NCBI GenBank assembly: GCA_030390025.1
Contig: CM059425.1
Location: 178,004,001 to 178,068,000, forward strand
DNA length: 64,000 nt
Direction: 5' to 3'
Origin: Squalus acanthias
Lineage: Eukaryota
In this document: piece after piece, positions 62,575 through 64,000 of the stretch
Layout of the letters: the number at the start of each line of letters is the position of its first letter
Position numbering within the stretch: the stretch's first letter is position 1
Made by a program: the position numbers and the translations under genes
The notes under the pieces: model-generated
What the model was told of the DNA's origin: nothing
Seen by the model: the letters and a program-made list of their open reading frames with translations, nothing else
The model's database searches: none

Positions 62575-62700
62575 TTTGATGAGCATGTACCCAAAATGCT
62601 AACTTTTTTTTTTAAACAGATGCTGTCTAATCTGCTGAGTATTTCTTGCATTTTCTATTTTTATTTCAGTTTGCTGGCATTGGAAATGTTTTATTTTTCT
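62575..62700 (+). mobile_element. Decayed PLE 3' terminal fragment related to 13888-14020
   Basis: gatgctgtctaatctgctgagtatttc..ttttct resembles 13942-14000, preceded by a degenerate ttgatga..aaaatgctaact core. Confidence 0.55.
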
Positions 62701-63383
62701 TTTTGTCCCTAGCAATGAAAGTACACATACCTTTCACCTCTGACCCATTGTGCATCCAGGCACCCATACTGGTCCACTTTGAGGATCATACATGCTGGAA
62801 ACACTGCGTTATAACTTGTGAGGTTGAAATCTGGGAATCTGGGCATAGGCCAAGTGTTTCACTCCCCTTCCTCACTGAAATCACACGTGCAAAAGGCTTA
62901 TCATTTGGTGGTCAAGCTGGTGGTCTTGGGGCTGCAATGGTGAGTGGTGGGACAGGGAGTCTGGATGAGGTGTACAATGATGTTCATGCAGGCTATCCAC
63001 TGTCAGTCAACAGGCCTGCTGTACCGTCTGCTACTCCATCTCTACCAACCAAATATGACTCCATGACAACCCACTGTAGGAGACTGGTGAATGTCCCATA
63101 AGACACCATAAAGTAACCAGTTTAGTGATCGCACAATAAAGCACAACATAATTTCCTCAATAATGTTGAAACCTACAAAGGGTTTGAAAATTGTGATTTA
63201 GAATCACAATTACATCACTATTCCAGGGTATTATGTAAGATTATCATGCCAGTTTCTGTGTATGAGAACAATTTCTTCCATCCCATATTTAGTCATTGTA
63301 ATGGGCTGACTCACACAAGTAAAACAGTCACCATCACAAAACATAGAATGTAGCAGTGTGCCCAGAACATTGCACAAACTTGC

Positions 63384-63546
63384 CTGATATGCCAGGTCAT
63401 GTGCTATCATTGTGATAATGGCCCATTTATTATCAGTGTACTTCTGCTTTGGATTAAGCAACAGCAAATTCTTTCAGAACATCAGTAAACCCAAGGTTTC
63501 CATCACACCTGCTGTAAAGTCAGGCATTTCTTTGAAGCAAATATCC
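63384..63546 (-). pseudogene. Decayed M1 aminopeptidase catalytic exon (GAMEN and HEXXH region)
   Basis: MPDFTAGVMETLGLLMF*KNLLLLNPKQKYTDNKWAIITMIAHDLAYQ followed by gcaagt. Aligns with the family pattern LPDFxAGAMENWGL..VIAHELAHQ. In-frame TGA at 63474-63476. Confidence 0.8.
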
Positions 63547-64000
63547 CTGTCAGAGACTAAACCCATGAGCAGTAACAGATGAGTCTGTATAATGCCAGCA
63601 TTTTTATCACTGCAAAAGTAATAGGAAACTACTTAAGTTGAATGTTTTGAATTTGTAGATGTTTCTGAAAGACTGGAAGAGGATGGAACATGGAAAGTTA
63701 CAACATTTAACACCACCGTAAAGATGTCTACTTATATAACTGCGTTTGTTGTTTGTGACTATGATTACATTAACACAACTTACAATGACATAGAGGTAAC
63801 TATCAATGATCTTAATATTTATTATTATTTCTATGAGTGTTATGTGTATTTTTTTCCTTTGGAAATTTTGAAACAAATTTGCCTCGACTAATGTAACTAA
63901 GTCATACTCAATTTAAGTTGAAAATAAATTGGGTTAATGGAAAGACATGTTTCTGAACTGGATTAGCAGCTTTTAAATTGAAGTCACTGAAGAAAACTTT

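Overview
Repeat-dominated vertebrate genomic DNA. The repeat content (abundant CR1 and L2 LINEs, Penelope-like elements, many Harbinger transposons) suggests a cartilaginous fish, but this is inference. Only one convincing host coding exon is present: a 143-bp + strand M1 aminopeptidase exon (laeverin/ANPEP-like) at 32423-32565, so the window is probably mostly intron. A decayed copy of the GAMEN/HEXXH catalytic exon of the same family lies on the opposite strand at about 63384-63546. The rest is nested transposable elements: two CR1-group families, L2, a Vingi-like LINE, three Penelope-like insertions, three large Harbinger elements (transposase plus spliced Myb/SANT gene), Harbinger and hAT MITEs, and a solo LTR. 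The most notable observations are: minimal hammerhead ribozyme motifs with covarying stems in all three Penelope insertions, including a 149-bp hairpin mini-element; a 28S rRNA fragment fused to the 5' end of a CR1 retrocopy; an ORF1-only 'half-CR1'; a roughly 2-kb 36-bp minisatellite grown from the truncated end of an L2; and a five-level nested insertion. No prokaryotic-type system or CRISPR array was found. Coordinates were read by eye, and family names were not checked against databases.
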